The notes below the pieces were generated by a model. It ran no database searches. It saw only the letters and a program-made list of their open reading frames with translations, and was not told the DNA's origin. The position numbers were made by a program, and so were the translations under genes. DNA of 64,000 nucleotides from Gammaproteobacteria bacterium (GTDB taxonomy: Bacteria > Pseudomonadota > Gammaproteobacteria > Eutrophobiales > Eutrophobiaceae), in NCBI GenBank assembly GCA_004297165.1, contig SCUJ01000011.1, positions 128,095 to 192,094 on the forward strand, given 5' to 3'. Shown here piece by piece: positions 1 through 10,831 of this stretch; within the stretch, counting starts at the first letter, position 1, and each line of letters starts with the position of its first letter.

Positions 1-1722
1 CAGGCAGCAGACGCCGCGGACAATCAGATCGATCTTAACGCCCGCCTGGGAGGCCCGATACAGCGTCTGAATTATCTGCGGGTCCGCGATGGCGTTCATC
101 TTGGCGATGATGCGCGCCTCCTTGCCGGCCAGGGCGTTGTTTGTCTCCGTTTCGATGAGGCCCTGCAGACCCTTGGCGAGGGTGAAAGGGGCCTGCAAGA
201 GTTTTTTCAGTTTGGTCGCGCGGCCCAGACCCGTCAGTTGGTGAAACAGCTTGTTCACGTCCTCGCCCACCGATTTGTCGCAGGTCAGCAGACCGTAATC
301 GGTGTAAAGTCGCACCGTGCGGGAGTGGTAGTTGCCGGTGCCGAGATGGACATAGCGGCGCAGCTTGCGCCCCTCGCGCCGCACCACCAGGATCATCTTG
401 CAATGGGTCTTGTAGCCCACCACCCCGTAGACCACATGCGCGCCGGCCTCCTGCAGCTCGTTGGCGAGTTCGATGTTGGCCTCCTCGTCGAAACGGGCGC
501 GCAGCTCAATCACCACGGTGACCTCCTTGCCCTGGCGGGCGGCGTCCTTGAGCGAGGCCACCACGGCGGAGTCATCGCCGGTGCGATAGAGCGTCTGCTT
601 GATCGACAGGACATTGGGATCGGCGGCCGCCTGGCGCAGGAAATCCACCACCGGGGCAAAGGACTGGAACGGGTGATGCAGCAGGATATCGCCGTGGTGC
701 AAGGTCTCGAAGAGGTCGGCGTTCTTCTCCAACCGCGGCGGTATCTCCGGGGTGAATCCCTTGAATTTCAGATCGGGGCGATCCACCAGGTCGTGGATCG
801 CCGACAGCCGGCTGAGATTCACCGGGCCGTCGACCTTGTACATATCGTCCTCGTGCAGGACGAAGGTGTGCAACAGAAAATCGCTCAGTTCGTCCGGACA
901 GTTGGCCGCGACCTCGAGGCGCACGGCGTCGCTGAAGCGCCTTGAGGGTAATTCACCCTCCAGGGCCCGCAGCAGGTCATCCACTTCTTCGTCATCCACG
1001 AAGAGATCGCTGTCCCTGGTCACCTTGAACTGGTAGAAGCCCGTGACCTTCATCCCCGGGAATAGATCCTCGACATGCGCATGGATTATGGAGGAGAGCA
1101 GCACGAAATCGTGCGTGCCGGAGATATGGTCAGGCGGAATATGCACGACCCTGGGCAGGGATCGCGGCGCCTGCACAATCGCCTGGCGCGCCTCGCGCCC
1201 GAAGGCGTCCTTGCCCTCGAGCGAGATGATGAAATAGAGATTCTTGTTGAGAACGCGGGGGAAGGGGTGGGCCGGATCGAGACCGATGGGGCTCAGCACC
1301 GGACGCACCTCGTCGTTGAAATACCGCTTCACCCAGCGGGTCGTGCCGGGTTTCCAGTCGGCGCGCCGACGCAGGCGGATCCTCTCTGCGGCAAGCGCGG
1401 GGATGATCACCTCGTTCAGCACCCGGTACTGTTCCTTGACCAGTTCATGGGCGAGATCGCTGATGCGTTTCAGGACTTCCGCGGGGGAGAGATTGTCCGG
1501 ACCGGTTTGCACCGAGCGATACTTCACCTGCTGCTTGATGCCGGCGACGCGGATCTCGAAGAACTCATCCAGGTTGGTGCTGGCGATGCAGAGAAACTTC
1601 AGGCGCTCCAGTAACGGGGTGTTTTCATCCTTGGCCTGCTCGATGACGCGCCGGTTGAACTCGAGCGTGCTGAGTTCCCGGTTGATGTACAGCTCGGGAT
1701 TGCTGAGGTTTGCGGTATCCAT
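1..1722 (-). CDS. ppk1: polyphosphate kinase 1 (3' end runs off the window)
   Basis: Not in the ORF track; minus-strand read from ATG at 1722 gives MDTANLSNPELYINRELSTLEFNRRV...LERLKFLCIASTNLDEFFEIRVAG...ILLHHPFQSF...GVKIDLIVRGVCCL, typical PPK1 motifs. Confidence 0.96.
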   Translation of the reverse strand, partial: MDTANLSNPELYINRELSTLEFNRRVIEQAKDENTPLLERLKFLCIASTNLDEFFEIRVAGIKQQVKYRSVQTGPDNLSPAEVLKRISDLAHELVKEQYRVLNEVIIPALAAERIRLRRRADWKPGTTRWVKRYFNDEVRPVLSPIGLDPAHPFPRVLNKNLYFIISLEGKDAFGREARQAIVQAPRSLPRVVHIPPDHISGTHDFVLLSSIIHAHVEDLFPGMKVTGFYQFKVTRDSDLFVDDEEVDDLLRALEGELPSRRFSDAVRLEVAANCPDELSDFLLHTFVLHEDDMYKVDGPVNLSRLSAIHDLVDRPDLKFKGFTPEIPPRLEKNADLFETLHHGDILLHHPFQSFAPVVDFLRQAAADPNVLSIKQTLYRTGDDSAVVASLKDAARQGKEVTVVIELRARFDEEANIELANELQEAGAHVVYGVVGYKTHCKMILVVRREGRKLRRYVHLGTGNYHSRTVRLYTDYGLLTCDKSVGEDVNKLFHQLTGLGRATKLKKLLQAPFTLAKGLQGLIETETNNALAGKEARIIAKMNAIADPQIIQTLYRASQAGVKIDLIVRGVCCL

Positions 1723-1821
1723 GGACGGCCCTCGAATTTCCAAGGGTATTATCACCTGCCGGAAGGTGATAAGGAACCTCCGGATTAATCAAGGGGTTTT
1801 GATCCTGCTTTGCCCTATGCC

Positions 1822-2529
1822 CTAACCCCTGACCTCCTGTTCCATCTGCGCGATGCTGATGTGGCGCACGTCCTTGCCTTCGACCAGATAGATCACGTAT
1901 TCACAGATGTTACGGGAGTGATCGGCGATCCGTTCGAGGGAACGCGCGACCCAGACGGCGTCGATGACGCTGGAGATGCTGCGCGGGTCCTCCATCATGT
2001 AGGTGATCAGCTCCCGCAGGATGGCGCCGTACTGCTCGTCGGATTTCGGCTCCATGCCGGCGGTGGCGAGCGCGGCGCCGGAATCCATCCGGGCGAAGGC
2101 GTCCAGGGCGTCGTGCAGGATGGTCATGGCCAACTGGCCGAGATTGCTGATGCCGACGTAATAGGATCTGCTCCCCTGCTGCTCTATCAGATCGATGGCC
2201 ATGCGGGCGATCTTCTCGGCCTCGTCGCCCACCCGCTCGAGATCGGTGATGGTCTTGATCACGGCGGTGATGAGCCGCAGATCGCCGGCGGTCGGCTGCC
2301 GCCGCGCGAGGATCCGGGTGCATTCCTCGTCGATGGAAACCTCCATCGTGTTCACCTGCACCTCGGTTTCGATCACCGACTGCGCCAGCGCGGAATCCGA
2401 GTTGCTCAATGACTGCATCGCATTTTCGAGCTGCCGCTCCACCAGACCGCCCATGGCCAGCACGCGGCTGCGGACGTCCTCAAGCTCGTTGTCGAACTGT
2501 TTCGAGATGTGTTTGGGTATGCTGCTCAT
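1822..2529 (-). CDS. phoU: phosphate signalling complex protein PhoU
   Basis: HISKQFDNELE, RRQPTAGDLR, DLERVGD, SLERIADH repeats; follows pstB. Confidence 0.97.
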   Translation of the reverse strand: MSSIPKHISKQFDNELEDVRSRVLAMGGLVERQLENAMQSLSNSDSALAQSVIETEVQVNTMEVSIDEECTRILARRQPTAGDLRLITAVIKTITDLERVGDEAEKIARMAIDLIEQQGSRSYYVGISNLGQLAMTILHDALDAFARMDSGAALATAGMEPKSDEQYGAILRELITYMMEDPRSISSVIDAVWVARSLERIADHSRNICEYVIYLVEGKDVRHISIAQMEQEVRG

Positions 2530-2553
2530 ATATTTTCCTCGGCGAATAGCCGG

Positions 2554-3438
2554 TTAACCGTAGCGACCGGTGATGTAATCCTCTGTCATCTTGTTTCTCG
2601 GCTTGGTAAACAACGTGCCGGTGTCCCGGTATTCGATCATCTCGCCCAGATACATATAGGCGGTGTAGTCGGAGACGCGCGCCGCCTGCTGCATGTTATG
2701 GGTCACGATGACGATCGTGTAATCCGTCTTCAATTCGTAGATCAGTTCCTCGATCTTCAAGGTGGAGATTGGATCCAGCGCCGAGGCCGGTTCGTCCAGC
2801 AACAAAACCTCAGGCTCGATGGCGATGGCGCGGGCGATGACGAGGCGCTGCTGCTGGCCGCCGGACAGGCCCATGGCGTTGTCGTTCAGGCGGTCTTTCA
2901 CCTCCGGCCACAGGGCGGCGCTCTTCAGGGACCGCTCGACCGCCTCGTCCAGCACCCGGCGGTTGCGGATCCCCTGGATGCGCAGGCCATAGGCCACATT
3001 GTCGTAGATCGTCTTGGGGAAGGGATTCGGCTTCTGGAACACCATCCCGATCCGCCGGCGCAAGTCCGCCACGTTCACATCCTTCCCGTATACGTCGAGG
3101 TCGTGCAGGGCGATGCGGCCGTCAATCCGCACGTTATCAATCAGATCATTCATCCGGTTGAAACACCGCAGCAGGGTTGATTTCCCGCAACCGCTCGGAC
3201 CGATAAAGGCGGTGACCCGCTTTTCAGGGATGGTCATGGAGACGTTGTTTAACGCCTGTTTACCGCCGTAATGCAGATTCAGTCCCTCGACCCGGAGGCA
3301 CACTTTTTCGTTTTCGAGATCCAGTCGGGGTTCATTGCCGATCAATCCCCCCAGATTCATCGCATGCGTCGGGGCTGCCGCGGGGGCATGGCGTTCGCCG
3401 GTGCGATTTTCCAATTCGGTGACATTATTCTGCGGCAC
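2554..3438 (-). CDS. pstB: phosphate ABC transporter ATP-binding protein (start may be the downstream ATG near 3360)
   Basis: Walker [32 protein letters not shown]-terminal YITGRYG. Confidence 0.97.
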   Translation of the reverse strand: MPQNNVTELENRTGERHAPAAAPTHAMNLGGLIGNEPRLDLENEKVCLRVEGLNLHYGGKQALNNVSMTIPEKRVTAFIGPSGCGKSTLLRCFNRMNDLIDNVRIDGRIALHDLDVYGKDVNVADLRRRIGMVFQKPNPFPKTIYDNVAYGLRIQGIRNRRVLDEAVERSLKSAALWPEVKDRLNDNAMGLSGGQQQRLVIARAIAIEPEVLLLDEPASALDPISTLKIEELIYELKTDYTIVIVTHNMQQAARVSDYTAYMYLGEMIEYRDTGTLFTKPRNKMTEDYITGRYG

Positions 3439-5077
3439 GGTATTTTTCCCTGAGATTATTGCGGATCTTGATGGCGGCGAGATTCAAGGCGACGATGACG
3501 AGGACCAGCAACAGCGCCGTCGCGTAGACCAGCGGCCGGGCCGCCTCGACGTTCGGGCTCTGGAAGCCGACATCGTAGATGTGAAACCCTAGATGCATGA
3601 ACTTGCGGTCGAGATGCAGATAGGGGAACCCGCCATCCAGCGGCAGGGCCGGGGCGAGCTTCACCACGCCCACCAGCATGAGCGGCGCGACCTCGCCCGC
3701 GGCGCGCGCGATCGCCAAAATCATGCCGGTGAGAATGGCGGGCGCGGTCATCGGCAGCACCGTGCGAAAGAGGGTCTCCGCCTTGGTGGCGCCAAGCGCA
3801 AGGCTGCCTTCCCGGATCGCCAGCGGCACGCGCGAGAGTCCCTCTTCGGTGGCGACAATGACCACGGGCACGGTGAGCAGCGCCAGCGTCAGCGAGGCCC
3901 ACAGCAGCCCCGGCGTGCCGAAGGTCGGATTCGGCAGGGACTCGCGAAACAGCAGTTCGTCTATCGACCCGCCCAGAAAATACACAAAGAAGCCCAGCCC
4001 GAAAACGCCGTAGACCACGGAGGGCACGCCCGCGAGGTTGTTCACGGCAATGCGAATGAGACGGGTGAGGACGCCTTGCCTCGCGTATTCGTGCAGATAG
4101 ATGGCGGCCACGACCCCGAAGGGCGTCACCAGCAGCGCCATGCACATCACCATCAGGACAGTCCCGAAGATGGCCGGGTAGATCCCACCTTCCGTATTCG
4201 CCTCCCGCGGCTCCTCGCTCAGGAACTCCCAGAGTTTGCCCAGATAATGACCTGATTTTTGCGCCGGGCTCATGGCGTTCGGGTAATAGGCGCGGACGAT
4301 CCCGGCGAGCAGGATTTCAGTCTCTTCGCCGGAGGCCGTGACGGCGATCAGGGTCCTCTGGTTCAGGCTTTCATACAAGGACTCGAGATCCGCGACCAGC
4401 CGGTCATAGTCCTGTTGCAGGGCGGCGCTTTCCGCCGCAAGCGCGGCCTCCGGATCCATGCCGCCCTCCAATTGCAGGCGGCGTTCCCGCAGGCGCATGC
4501 GTTCCATGCGGTAATTGATGGCGCCGATCAGGTCCTTTTCGATATGACGGATCTCCGCGAAAATTCCTCCAGCCGCATCGATGCTTGACAGCAACACCTG
4601 CCCCAACGCGGCGCCACCGAGGTCCACCTCGCTGCCCCCCTCCATCAGGCGCCTGGGAAATCCGTAGAAATTCCCCCATTCCCGGCGCTCCAGCACCATG
4701 ATATCCGTGGGATATTCCGGCGTACTCATCTGCGGTTCATTGACCCAACGGAAATCGATGCCGGAGATCTCGCGATTACCGGTCTTGATGAGATAACGAT
4801 CGATCAGGCCATGTCCGGCGGCATCCGAATCCTGCGCCACCTTCGCAATGTCGAGGGTTTCATGCTCGACAATCTCGCCGATCACCCGTTCCCTGGCGCC
4901 GTCCACGTCCGTAAGCTCGAACACGGCGACGTCGGCCGGCCAGAAATGGCCGAGCCCCCGCAACATCAACAGGGCGAGCAGGCCGGCGACCAGGAGGAGC
5001 GAGAGCGAGATGGCGCCGGCATGCAGCCAGATCCAGGGGGCATCTCCGCCCAGCCACGATTTGACCGTCCGGCTCAT
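3425..5077 (-). CDS. pstA: phosphate ABC transporter permease PstA, long form
   Basis: [40 protein letters not shown] loop; large N-terminal soluble insert. Confidence 0.95.
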   Translation of the reverse strand: MSRTVKSWLGGDAPWIWLHAGAISLSLLLVAGLLALLMLRGLGHFWPADVAVFELTDVDGARERVIGEIVEHETLDIAKVAQDSDAAGHGLIDRYLIKTGNREISGIDFRWVNEPQMSTPEYPTDIMVLERREWGNFYGFPRRLMEGGSEVDLGGAALGQVLLSSIDAAGGIFAEIRHIEKDLIGAINYRMERMRLRERRLQLEGGMDPEAALAAESAALQQDYDRLVADLESLYESLNQRTLIAVTASGEETEILLAGIVRAYYPNAMSPAQKSGHYLGKLWEFLSEEPREANTEGGIYPAIFGTVLMVMCMALLVTPFGVVAAIYLHEYARQGVLTRLIRIAVNNLAGVPSVVYGVFGLGFFVYFLGGSIDELLFRESLPNPTFGTPGLLWASLTLALLTVPVVIVATEEGLSRVPLAIREGSLALGATKAETLFRTVLPMTAPAILTGMILAIARAAGEVAPLMLVGVVKLAPALPLDGGFPYLHLDRKFMHLGFHIYDVGFQSPNVEAARPLVYATALLLVLVIVALNLAAIKIRNNLREKYRAAE

Positions 5078-7350
5078 AAGCTGCCGTATTTTTTGCGCAG
5101 CCGCTGACGCACCACTTCCGCCAGGGTGTTGAACACGAAGGTTACCGCGAATAAAACGAGCGCCGCGAGGAATAGGATCCGGTAATGCGTGCCGGCGACC
5201 TCGGCCTCGGGCATCTCCACGGCGATGTTGGCCGACAGCGCGCGAAAACCCTGGAAGATGTTCATTTCCATGACGGCGGTATTGCCGGTCGCCATCACCA
5301 CGATCATGGTCTCGCCGACCGCCCGGCCGAGTCCGATCATGACCGCGGAGAAAATCCCCGGACTCGCGGTCAGCAGGATTACCCGCACCAGGGTCTGCCA
5401 GGGCGTCGCCCCGAGCGCAAGCGATCCCCCCGTCAGGGATCGGGGCACGCCATAGATCGCATCCTCGCTGATGGAAAAGATGATCGGGATGACCGCAAAA
5501 CCTATCGCCACGCCCACCACCAGGGAGTTGCGCTGATCGAAGGAGATGCCGAAGGTTTCATTCAGCCACTGGGGCATGCTGCCCTGAAAGAGTAAAAGCT
5601 CCAGCGGCTGACTCACGCCGATCGCGAGCCCGATCGCAATCAATATCACCGGGATCAACAGGGCCGCCTCCCAACCCGCGGGGATCCGGTTGCGCAGCCT
5701 GTCCGGGGCCTGGTCCCAGCACCAGGCCGCGCCAAGGATCGCGAGCGGCAGATAGATAAACAACAGGCAGATGCCGGGCAGATGGTTTTCCACGAAGGGC
5801 GCGAACCAGAGCCCGGCGATGAAGCCGAGGACCACCGTGGGCAGGGCCGCCATGACTTCGATCGCAGGCTTGACCATGCCGCGCATGCGCGGCGCCATGA
5901 AATAGCCGGTGTATATCGCCCCCATGATCGCGAGCGGCATGGCGAACAACATGGCGTAAAAAGCCGCCTTGAGCGTGCCGAAGGCCAGCGGCGTGAGGCT
6001 GAATTTGGGCTCGAACTCGCTGCTCGCCGAGGACGATTGCCAGACATACTCCGGTTTGGCCCGGCTTTCATACCAGACCTTGCCCCAGAGCGAGCGCCAG
6101 GAGATCTCCGGGTGCGGATTCTGCACCTGCCAGAATTCAAGTCCCATGTCGCCGCGCTCCACCAGCAGGGCATCGGCGCGCGGGGCGATCGCCCCATGCG
6201 CTAACCGCTCCTCGCCGATCCTCTCCACCCTCAGGGTGCGCTGCGAGGTGGCGTGGTACAGACCCAGCAAACCGTCGGCATCGAGCGCCAGAAATCCCTT
6301 GCGTTGATGCTCGGGAACAATCGCCAGGATCGGCGCCTGCTGGGACGCAAACTGCCGGATCCGGCTCAAGGTGTAGTTGTTGGCCTCGTCCCGGACCGGA
6401 AACCATTGGGTGATGCCACCCTCGGCATCGCCCACCAGGATCGAGATCCCCCCGTTTAGAAAGGCCAGACTGGTGATGGCGACCCCTGGGGGAACCGCCT
6501 GGATCCGCTGCACCAGGCGGGGGGCGCGTTTGTCACCGATGTCATAGAAACTGAGAAAGCCATCCCTGTCCGCGAGATACAGCTCCCGTTGATCCACATC
6601 CATGGCGAGATGCGTCACCGGTTGTTCCGGGACTATCTCGCTGTCGGTGCGGGTCAGCGTGATCTCTCCGGTCAGCATGGATTCCTTGCTGGCGAGACTG
6701 ACCAGGCGCAGACGCCCCAGGTCGTCCAACGCCGCGATCGTGGCCTTGCCGGCGTTACCCTGGGCGGCGAGTTTGCGTATGGCAACCCCGTCATCGGATA
6801 TCTGTACCGGTTCCGATCCGAAAGGCAGGGTTATAGCGGGCGTTATCAACCGGCGATCCCCCGGATAACTCACCTGATATTCATGGCGCGCCAACACGAC
6901 AGAGCCATCGGCATAGGCGAGCGCCAGCAGGGCCTGCGCGGGGTCGCCAGCGGTGAAGGCGACGGGATCCGACCCGGCATCTGGGAACACGGGGATCTGG
7001 TCGATGACCGCAGCCGTATCGGTCTTGAAAAAGATCGCCTCGCCCCGCGTGTTGATCCGCAACCCGATCTCGTGCTGCTCTTCCATGGCGTAATGCCAGG
7101 TTTCACCGGGGCCGGGAACGGGATAGGCCGAGAGCCGGCTGAGCTTCGCCGGCAGGAACATGGGCAGGACGACGTACACCAGATAGAACGCGATCAGGAC
7201 GATGGCGAGGATCACGCTGACGCCGCCGATGGCCATGAGGTGTCTGGTCAGCACATCGCGCAGCGCTCGCATCCGGCGGCGCCGGATCGCCGCGGGCGAC
7301 GTGAAGTCGGGCAGGATACCGGATGCCGCCTTTAAGTCCGTTGTGCTCAT
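5074..7350 (-). CDS. pstC: phosphate ABC transporter permease PstC, long form with extended N-terminal domain
   Basis: [45 protein letters not shown]; position between pstS and pstA. Confidence 0.93.
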   Translation of the reverse strand: MSTTDLKAASGILPDFTSPAAIRRRRMRALRDVLTRHLMAIGGVSVILAIVLIAFYLVYVVLPMFLPAKLSRLSAYPVPGPGETWHYAMEEQHEIGLRINTRGEAIFFKTDTAAVIDQIPVFPDAGSDPVAFTAGDPAQALLALAYADGSVVLARHEYQVSYPGDRRLITPAITLPFGSEPVQISDDGVAIRKLAAQGNAGKATIAALDDLGRLRLVSLASKESMLTGEITLTRTDSEIVPEQPVTHLAMDVDQRELYLADRDGFLSFYDIGDKRAPRLVQRIQAVPPGVAITSLAFLNGGISILVGDAEGGITQWFPVRDEANNYTLSRIRQFASQQAPILAIVPEHQRKGFLALDADGLLGLYHATSQRTLRVERIGEERLAHGAIAPRADALLVERGDMGLEFWQVQNPHPEISWRSLWGKVWYESRAKPEYVWQSSSASSEFEPKFSLTPLAFGTLKAAFYAMLFAMPLAIMGAIYTGYFMAPRMRGMVKPAIEVMAALPTVVLGFIAGLWFAPFVENHLPGICLLFIYLPLAILGAAWCWDQAPDRLRNRIPAGWEAALLIPVILIAIGLAIGVSQPLELLLFQGSMPQWLNETFGISFDQRNSLVVGVAIGFAVIPIIFSISEDAIYGVPRSLTGGSLALGATPWQTLVRVILLTASPGIFSAVMIGLGRAVGETMIVVMATGNTAVMEMNIFQGFRALSANIAVEMPEAEVAGTHYRILFLAALVLFAVTFVFNTLAEVVRQRLRKKYGSL

Positions 7351-7356
7351 CGGGCC

Positions 7357-7390
7357 AGTCTAGCCACCTTATATGACAGTACTGTTAAAG
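7357..7390 (-). promoter_or_regulatory. Pho box promoter upstream of pstC
   Basis: Minus strand CTTTAAC-agta-CTGTCAT (7390-7373), 10 bp, then -10 TAGACT (7362-7357); canonical PhoB geometry. Confidence 0.75.
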
Positions 7391-7408
7391 TTATCCGGTA
7401 ATAGATGT

Positions 7409-7472
7409 TCTCGCCAAGGCGCGAAGCCCGCCAAGTAACAGCGAACTTGTAAACCTTGGCGGCTTGGCGAGA
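7409..7472. repeat. nested inverted repeat / REP-like element
   Basis: TCTCGCCAAG..CCGCCAAG-spacer-CTTGGCGG-CTTGGCGAGA. Confidence 0.65.
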
Positions 7473-7529
7473 GGTCTCTGACAGAAATTGGCAACATTAT
7501 TCATCCATCAGTCTTTCGGATCACGTTTT

Positions 7530-8510
7530 TCATTTGCGCGCCAGCCCGAGGGCATCAAGCTGGCTCGCGACAACCTGCGCCGGGAGCGGGACATAACCGT
7601 CCTTGACCACGACTGTCTGTCCGGTCTTCGAGAGGACCATGCGCAGGAATTCCCCCTCCAGCGGGGGCAACTCCTTGTTGGGTTGTCTATTGACGTAGAT
7701 GTAGAGGAACCGGGCGAGCGGGTAGTTGCCCGCCGTGGCATTTTCCGCGGTTGCCTCGATGAATTCGCCGCCAGACTCGGCGGCAAGGGCCACGGCCCTG
7801 ACCCCGGCGGTACGGTAACCGATGCCGGAATAACCGATGCCATTCCTGGATTTACTGATGGACTGCACGACCGCGGCCGACCCTGGTTGCTCATTCACCG
7901 TATCGCGGAAGTCCCCGTCGCAGAGGGCGTGTTCCTTGAAGTAGCCGTAGGTGCCGGAGGCTGAATTACGGCCGAAGAGCTGCAAGGGACGGTTTTTCCA
8001 GTCGCCCGTCAAGCCCAGATCGCCCCAGGTCCTGACCTCGCTCTCGTAACCGCACCGGCGGGTCTCCGAGAATATGGCATCCACCTGCGCAAGCGAGAGA
8101 CCCGCGATCGGATTGTCCTTGTTCACATACGCCGCGAGGGCGTCGATCGCCACGGGTACGGCCAGCGGTTTATAACCGTAACGATTCTCGAAGGCTGCAA
8201 TCTCGCCGTCCTTCATTTTCCGGCTCATCGGGCCGAAATTCGCTGTGCCTTCGGTAAGCGCGGGCGGGGCCGTGGAGGATCCGGCGGCCTGGACCTGCAC
8301 GCTGACGTTGGGATACAGGCGCTTGAACTCTTCGGTCCAGAAGGTCATGAGATTGGCGAGCGTGTCGGAACCGACGCTGATGACGCTGCCGGAAACGCCG
8401 CTGGCCTTTTGGTAATCCGGCAGCCCGGGGTCCACCTGCGCATCCGCCCTGAGCGGCGCCAGAGTTCCGATAAAGAGGGAAAGCGACAACGTTAGCGATT
8501 TGCCAACCAT
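7530..8510 (-). CDS. pstS: phosphate ABC transporter substrate-binding protein, copy 1
   Basis: Signal peptide, [28 protein letters not shown]; AGGAG SD before ATG 8510. Confidence 0.95.
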   Translation of the reverse strand: MVGKSLTLSLSLFIGTLAPLRADAQVDPGLPDYQKASGVSGSVISVGSDTLANLMTFWTEEFKRLYPNVSVQVQAAGSSTAPPALTEGTANFGPMSRKMKDGEIAAFENRYGYKPLAVPVAIDALAAYVNKDNPIAGLSLAQVDAIFSETRRCGYESEVRTWGDLGLTGDWKNRPLQLFGRNSASGTYGYFKEHALCDGDFRDTVNEQPGSAAVVQSISKSRNGIGYSGIGYRTAGVRAVALAAESGGEFIEATAENATAGNYPLARFLYIYVNRQPNKELPPLEGEFLRMVLSKTGQTVVVKDGYVPLPAQVVASQLDALGLARK

Positions 8511-8530
8511 GTTATTACTCCTAAAAATAT

Positions 8531-9856
8531 TCAAGAATTCGTTGCCACGCACTCATCAGGCGCCGTTTCGCGCAGCGTTCGCGACATCGGAAAACGGCAG
8601 CGGAAGGTGCTGCCCGCGCCCGGCTTGCTCTGAATTTCCAGCATCGCCCCGTGGCGGTCCAGGACATGCCGCACGATCGCGAGCCCGAGACCGGTGCCGC
8701 CCATGTTGCGCGAACGGCCTTTATCCACCCGGTAAAACCGCTCCGTCAGGCGGGGGATGTGTTGCGGCTCGATCCCGATGCCGGAGTCCGAGACCTCCAG
8801 AAGCGCCCCGGTCGCGTCCGCCTGCGAACGAAGCGTGATGGCGCCCCCGGCGGGCGTGTAGGCGACGGCATTCTGGGCGAGATTCAGGATGGCGCCGTAA
8901 AGCTCCTTCCGGCTCCCCCTGAGCCAGAGATCGGGTTCCGCGGCGACGGAGATCGCATGCCGCAGATCGCCGCTCAGCAAGCGGGCCTCGGCGGCAACCT
9001 GGGCGAGCACCTCCGGGATCGGCACCGGTTCGTCTTCCTCGGTCCGGGGAGAAGATTCCAGCGACGCGAGTTGTAACAGGTCCTCGGTGAGGCGCTGCAT
9101 CCGCGCCGCCTGCTCGCGCATCTGCCCGATCTGCCTGTGCAAGGTCGCGGGCTCGGGGAGCGCATCGTTATCGAGACCCTCGAGATAACCGGCAATCACG
9201 GTCAGGGGGGTGCGTAACTCGTGCGAGGCATTGGCAATGAAATCCTTGCGCATCTGATTCACCTGGTGGACGCGCGTGACATCCCGCGCCACCATCAACT
9301 GGCGGGTCTTGCCGTAGCGCGAGACCCGCAACTCCAGGATCAGCGCCGGATTGGCGGGCGCGGCGAGTTGCAAACCGCGATCCGCCTGGGTCTCCCGCAC
9401 GGCGGCGAGATAGCCGGCCAGTTCCGGAACGCGCACCAGATTGGTCAGGCGCAGGCCCGCATCCCGCGGCCACTCGATACCGAGATAGGCGCAGGCCTTC
9501 GCGTTGACCCACTGGATGGCGCCAGCATTATCCATGACCACGACGGCATCGGGCAGGGCTGCCATCGAGGCCTGAAAGCGCTTCAGGTTGCGGGTCAGCT
9601 TCTTCTTGCGCTGCTTGTGGCGCAACCGCAGCAGATCGAATTCCCTGGCGATTTCGTCGATCGTGCCTGACAGTTCCGGAGGCTCGACGGTAGCGCCATT
9701 CTCCATCCACCGGGTCAACAGCCGCAGTTCACGGTAATACCAGAAGACGAAGAGCAATACCCCGGCCAGGAGGCAAAGCAACACATGACCGGCGATCAAG
9801 CCGGTCAGCAGACTGAAGCCGAAGATCGCGAGGAAACGCCAGACATCCGCTTTCAT
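8531..9856 (-). CDS. phoR: phosphate regulon sensor histidine kinase
   Basis: N-terminal TMs, [42 protein letters not shown]; ATG 9856 taken as start. Confidence 0.96.
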   Translation of the reverse strand: MKADVWRFLAIFGFSLLTGLIAGHVLLCLLAGVLLFVFWYYRELRLLTRWMENGATVEPPELSGTIDEIAREFDLLRLRHKQRKKKLTRNLKRFQASMAALPDAVVVMDNAGAIQWVNAKACAYLGIEWPRDAGLRLTNLVRVPELAGYLAAVRETQADRGLQLAAPANPALILELRVSRYGKTRQLMVARDVTRVHQVNQMRKDFIANASHELRTPLTVIAGYLEGLDNDALPEPATLHRQIGQMREQAARMQRLTEDLLQLASLESSPRTEEDEPVPIPEVLAQVAAEARLLSGDLRHAISVAAEPDLWLRGSRKELYGAILNLAQNAVAYTPAGGAITLRSQADATGALLEVSDSGIGIEPQHIPRLTERFYRVDKGRSRNMGGTGLGLAIVRHVLDRHGAMLEIQSKPGAGSTFRCRFPMSRTLRETAPDECVATNS

Positions 9857-9881
9857 TCGTTCTTCGCTTGGAGTCGGATGG

Positions 9882-10568
9882 TCACTTGTCCGAGAAACGA
9901 TAACCGACGCTGCGCACCGTCTGAATGAAACTATCGAAGCCATGGGGGGCCAGAGTCCGGCGCAGGCGGCGAATGTGCACATCGATCGTCCGCTCCTCGA
10001 TGAAGACATTCTGCCCCCAGACCTGATCCAGCAATTGGGACCGGCTGTAAACCCGCTCGGGATGGGTGATGAAAAAATGCAACAACCGGAATTCCGTGGG
10101 GCTGATATCCACCGCAGCGCCTCCGGCGGTGACCCGGTAGGTGATCGGGTCCAGTTTCAGCCCCCGGAATTCGATCATGCCCTGCGCATTCTCCTGGCCC
10201 CGGCGCCTTAGCACCGCGCGGATGCGGGCCAGCAACTCCTTCGAGGAGAAGGGTTTGGAGACGTAATCGTCGGCGCCGGTGTCCAGTGCCTGGATCTTCT
10301 CGCGCTCATCCGCCTTCGCGGTGAGCATGATGACGGGTATGTCGCGTGTGCCCGGATCCGCGGCCAGTCGCCGGGTGTAATCGAGGCCGCTCATGCCGGG
10401 CAGCATCCAGTCCATCAGGATCAAATCGGGTTTATGGTTCTCTATCAGCGGCCGGGCCGCCTCGACGCTCTCGGCCTCGGCAAATTGATAGCCTTCTTTC
10501 ATCAGGGTGTACCCGATCATCTCCCGGATCGCCGCCTCATCCTCGATGATCATTATTCTGTCATTCAT
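9882..10568 (-). CDS. phoB: phosphate regulon response regulator (alternative start 10586)
   Basis: Receiver LMDWMLPG, GADDYVSKPFS; wHTH VFIEERTIDVHIRRLR, QTVRSVGYRFS. Confidence 0.97.
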   Translation of the reverse strand: MNDRIMIIEDEAAIREMIGYTLMKEGYQFAEAESVEAARPLIENHKPDLILMDWMLPGMSGLDYTRRLAADPGTRDIPVIMLTAKADEREKIQALDTGADDYVSKPFSSKELLARIRAVLRRRGQENAQGMIEFRGLKLDPITYRVTAGGAAVDISPTEFRLLHFFITHPERVYSRSQLLDQVWGQNVFIEERTIDVHIRRLRRTLAPHGFDSFIQTVRSVGYRFSDK

Positions 10569-10600
10569 CGTTTCGCCCTGGCTCATCTATACGGCCGTGC

Positions 10601-10634
10601 ATTATCTTTCAATAATATTACAGATTGTTGACAG
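10601..10634 (-). promoter_or_regulatory. Pho box promoter of phoB (autoregulation)
   Basis: Minus strand CTGTCAA-caat-CTGTAAT (10634-10617), 10 bp, -10 GATAAT. Confidence 0.85.
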
Positions 10635-10719
10635 GCTAAACACAATCCGGGTGGCTATCCGTTCAAATGCGGGGGTTCCTCCACCGTTTCCTGGATGCAA
10701 TGACCGGTAGGCAAGCCGA

Positions 10720-10775
10720 TTTTCATCGTCCGGACATAATTCATTCACAAAGTTGCAACACCACACACCTAAAGT
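10720..10775 (+). promoter_or_regulatory. tandem Pho-box-like promoter of the porin gene
   Basis: Four half-sites at 11-bp period TTTTCAT/CGGACAT/CATTCAC/TTGCAAC, 10 bp, -10 TAAAGT. Confidence 0.65.
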
Positions 10776-10831
10776 GTCACGCCGAATAACCGCGCACTGC
10801 CGCACCACAATAAAACTGAAGGAGAACTTGC

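Noticed and set aside
1749-1772. Lambda-type operator (TATCACC...GGTGATA)
   Set aside because: Half-site spacing differs from the 17-bp lambda operator and there is no phage context
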